Assembly (NCBI GenBank): GCA_052055015.1
Contig: JBQJIT010000007.1
Length of the DNA: 20,000 bases
Reading direction: 5' to 3' (one strand)
DNA from: Malassezia furfur
Lineage: Eukaryota
A program made the translations under genes and the position numbers. Below the pieces are notes generated by a model, which was not told the origin of the DNA, did not search any database, and saw only the letters and a program-made list of their open reading frames with translations. This document shows positions 18,395 to 20,000 of this stretch, piece after piece; within the stretch, counting starts at the first letter, position 1, and each line of letters begins with the position of its first letter.

Positions 18395-20000
18395 ATGACG
18401 AACCTGGTCGCCTCGCACTCCCCCCCGCTGGGGTTCGGTGCGGATGTGCCGGACTCGGAGCTGCATGCCTCCCATTCGCCCGTGGAGATCCCAACGCCCC
18501 CCGACGAGATGATGCTCGGCGCGGGCGTATCAAGCGATCGCGCTCATGTGGCGCCCGCGAAAGAAGCGCCACGACTCTTCCCCCCTCTGTATTCCCGGTC
18601 CGCGGACGAGAAGCCCGTGGCGTCGCCGCTCGCGGCCCTGTACCGTGCTTCGCAGTTTGATGCGCCGTCGCGCTCGGCATTTCGGTACGCCGGCTTCCGC
18701 CCGTTCGGCGTATCTCCCTTCCAGATGTCTGCCGAGCGGCAGAGCCGCGTGGGCGATGACGAGGCGATGGACGACGCGGACATGTCCGTTGACGACGTGT
18801 TCTCCGTCGCCTCGCAGCGCGACGCGCGCCGTGAGCGCGTAACGAGCGCCGACGTCGACGTGCTCGATGCGCCAGAGATGAGCCCGCGTTTTGCGCCACG
18901 CTCGTATGAGAACGACGACGTGCCCCCCGCGCTCGAGTCGTCGCTGTCGAGCAGCGGGCGTGCGCCTGTGCCTGTGCCGAACCGCGCGAGCTCCTCGGCG
19001 TCGTCGCGCCGGCTGTCGATGCGCAGTGTCGGCTCGCCCGTCGAGGCCAACGCGCTGTCCATGACACCCGGCACGAGTGCACGGCGGTCGCCGTACAGCG
19101 TGCCGAGCCGCTCGCCTGGCACGATGGGCCCGCTGAGCCAGGCCTACGCAATGGGCATGACGCCGTCGCACGGCGTGCCGCGGGTGCCGCCGCGCCTGCC
19201 ACACTGGGCGGGCCAGCCGCGTGCATGGGTGCGGCGCTCGGTGGGCCCGAGTACCTCGGCGCCCGCGCACGCCTCCGTATTTGCGCTCGACGACGACGAG
19301 ACCGACGACGAGCCTGGTCTGCCCGATGACGACGCAACCGAAGACGAGGGTGAGACGGTCCGTGTGCGTGGTGTTGCACCGAGCTTCAGCCGCTCACCGT
19401 CGCCCGCGTACGACGACGACGACCTGTCGACGCGGCACCGGCGCAGTCGTACGCGCGACGAGCGGTACGTGTACGCCGGCGTGCGCGGCGCCAGTGCTGC
19501 GCGGGTGCGTGGCGCACCGGCGGCGCGCGTAGCCCCCGGCGGCGTGCCGTATGCGTCGTCGGTGCCGTCGCGGCGCACGTACACGCCGTGGTCTGTGGAC
19601 GATACGCAGCAGCGGGCGCAGGTGCACATGGCCGCTGCGGCGCTCGACCGGCTGTCGATGGCCGGCGAGTACGACGAAGCGCCGCGGCGCGACGGAGTGC
19701 CGCGCGTCGTTGACGAGAACGACGAGGTGGCGGCGATCCGCGACCGCTTGGGCGGCGCGGCCAACTGCTCTGCGTTCATTTCGAAACTGTGGCATTTGAT
19801 GATCAACCCCGATCTGTACGGCAAGTACATCCGCTGGAACGAGGCGGGCGACACCATTATTCTGAGCAACGATCCCGGCGTCGCGGCCGAGTTCGCGTCG
19901 GACGTGCTGCCGAAGCTGTTCAAACACGGAAACAATGCAAGCTTTGTGCGCCAGCTGAACCTGTACGGCTTCCAGCGCGTCTCGTCGTCGCGCCTGCTCG
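18395..20000 (+). CDS. HSF-type DNA-binding-domain transcription factor; 3' end off-window (absent from the ORF track because it has no stop)
   Basis: The frame from ATG 18395 reaches SAFISKLWHLMINP..YIRWNEAGDT..FASDVLPKLFKHGNNASFVRQLNLYGFQRV at about 19769-19983, preceded by ~458 aa of S/P/D/R-rich low-complexity sequence. Start codon inferred. Confidence 0.88.
   Translation, partial: MTNLVASHSPPLGFGADVPDSELHASHSPVEIPTPPDEMMLGAGVSSDRAHVAPAKEAPRLFPPLYSRSADEKPVASPLAALYRASQFDAPSRSAFRYAGFRPFGVSPFQMSAERQSRVGDDEAMDDADMSVDDVFSVASQRDARRERVTSADVDVLDAPEMSPRFAPRSYENDDVPPALESSLSSSGRAPVPVPNRASSSASSRRLSMRSVGSPVEANALSMTPGTSARRSPYSVPSRSPGTMGPLSQAYAMGMTPSHGVPRVPPRLPHWAGQPRAWVRRSVGPSTSAPAHASVFALDDDETDDEPGLPDDDATEDEGETVRVRGVAPSFSRSPSPAYDDDDLSTRHRRSRTRDERYVYAGVRGASAARVRGAPAARVAPGGVPYASSVPSRRTYTPWSVDDTQQRAQVHMAAAALDRLSMAGEYDEAPRRDGVPRVVDENDEVAAIRDRLGGAANCSAFISKLWHLMINPDLYGKYIRWNEAGDTIILSNDPGVAAEFASDVLPKLFKHGNNASFVRQLNLYGFQRVSSSRLL

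Noticed and set aside
19465..19494. GTACGT...CAG 30-nt in-frame candidate intron in the HSF gene
   Set aside because: No CTNAY branch motif at the fixed position seen in the other short introns.

Overview
Gene-dense eukaryotic (fungal) DNA, most consistent with a Malassezia-like basidiomycete yeast; this is inferred from gene content, GC-rich codons, tiny introns and minimal intergenic space. Twelve protein-coding genes: TAM41 (3' end off-window), folylpolyglutamate synthase, RPL6, PET127, a derlin, capping protein alpha, an unrecognised ~239-aa ORF, exportin-T, ferrochelatase, RQC1, SCO1 and an HSF-domain transcription factor (3' end off-window). No RNA genes, mobile elements or CRISPR arrays were seen. 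Most notable: (1) nine inferred 21-29 nt spliceosomal introns all ending in a fixed CTNAY-N-CAG block with no polypyrimidine tract, including one GC-AG intron and one stop-free in-frame intron; (2) four ~42-aa charged tandem repeats in front of the Tam41 catalytic domain; (3) extreme compaction, including abutting stop codons and 58 bp between divergent ATGs; (4) an orphan gene; (5) a GC trough at about 6-9 kb. All introns and start codons are inferred from sequence alone.
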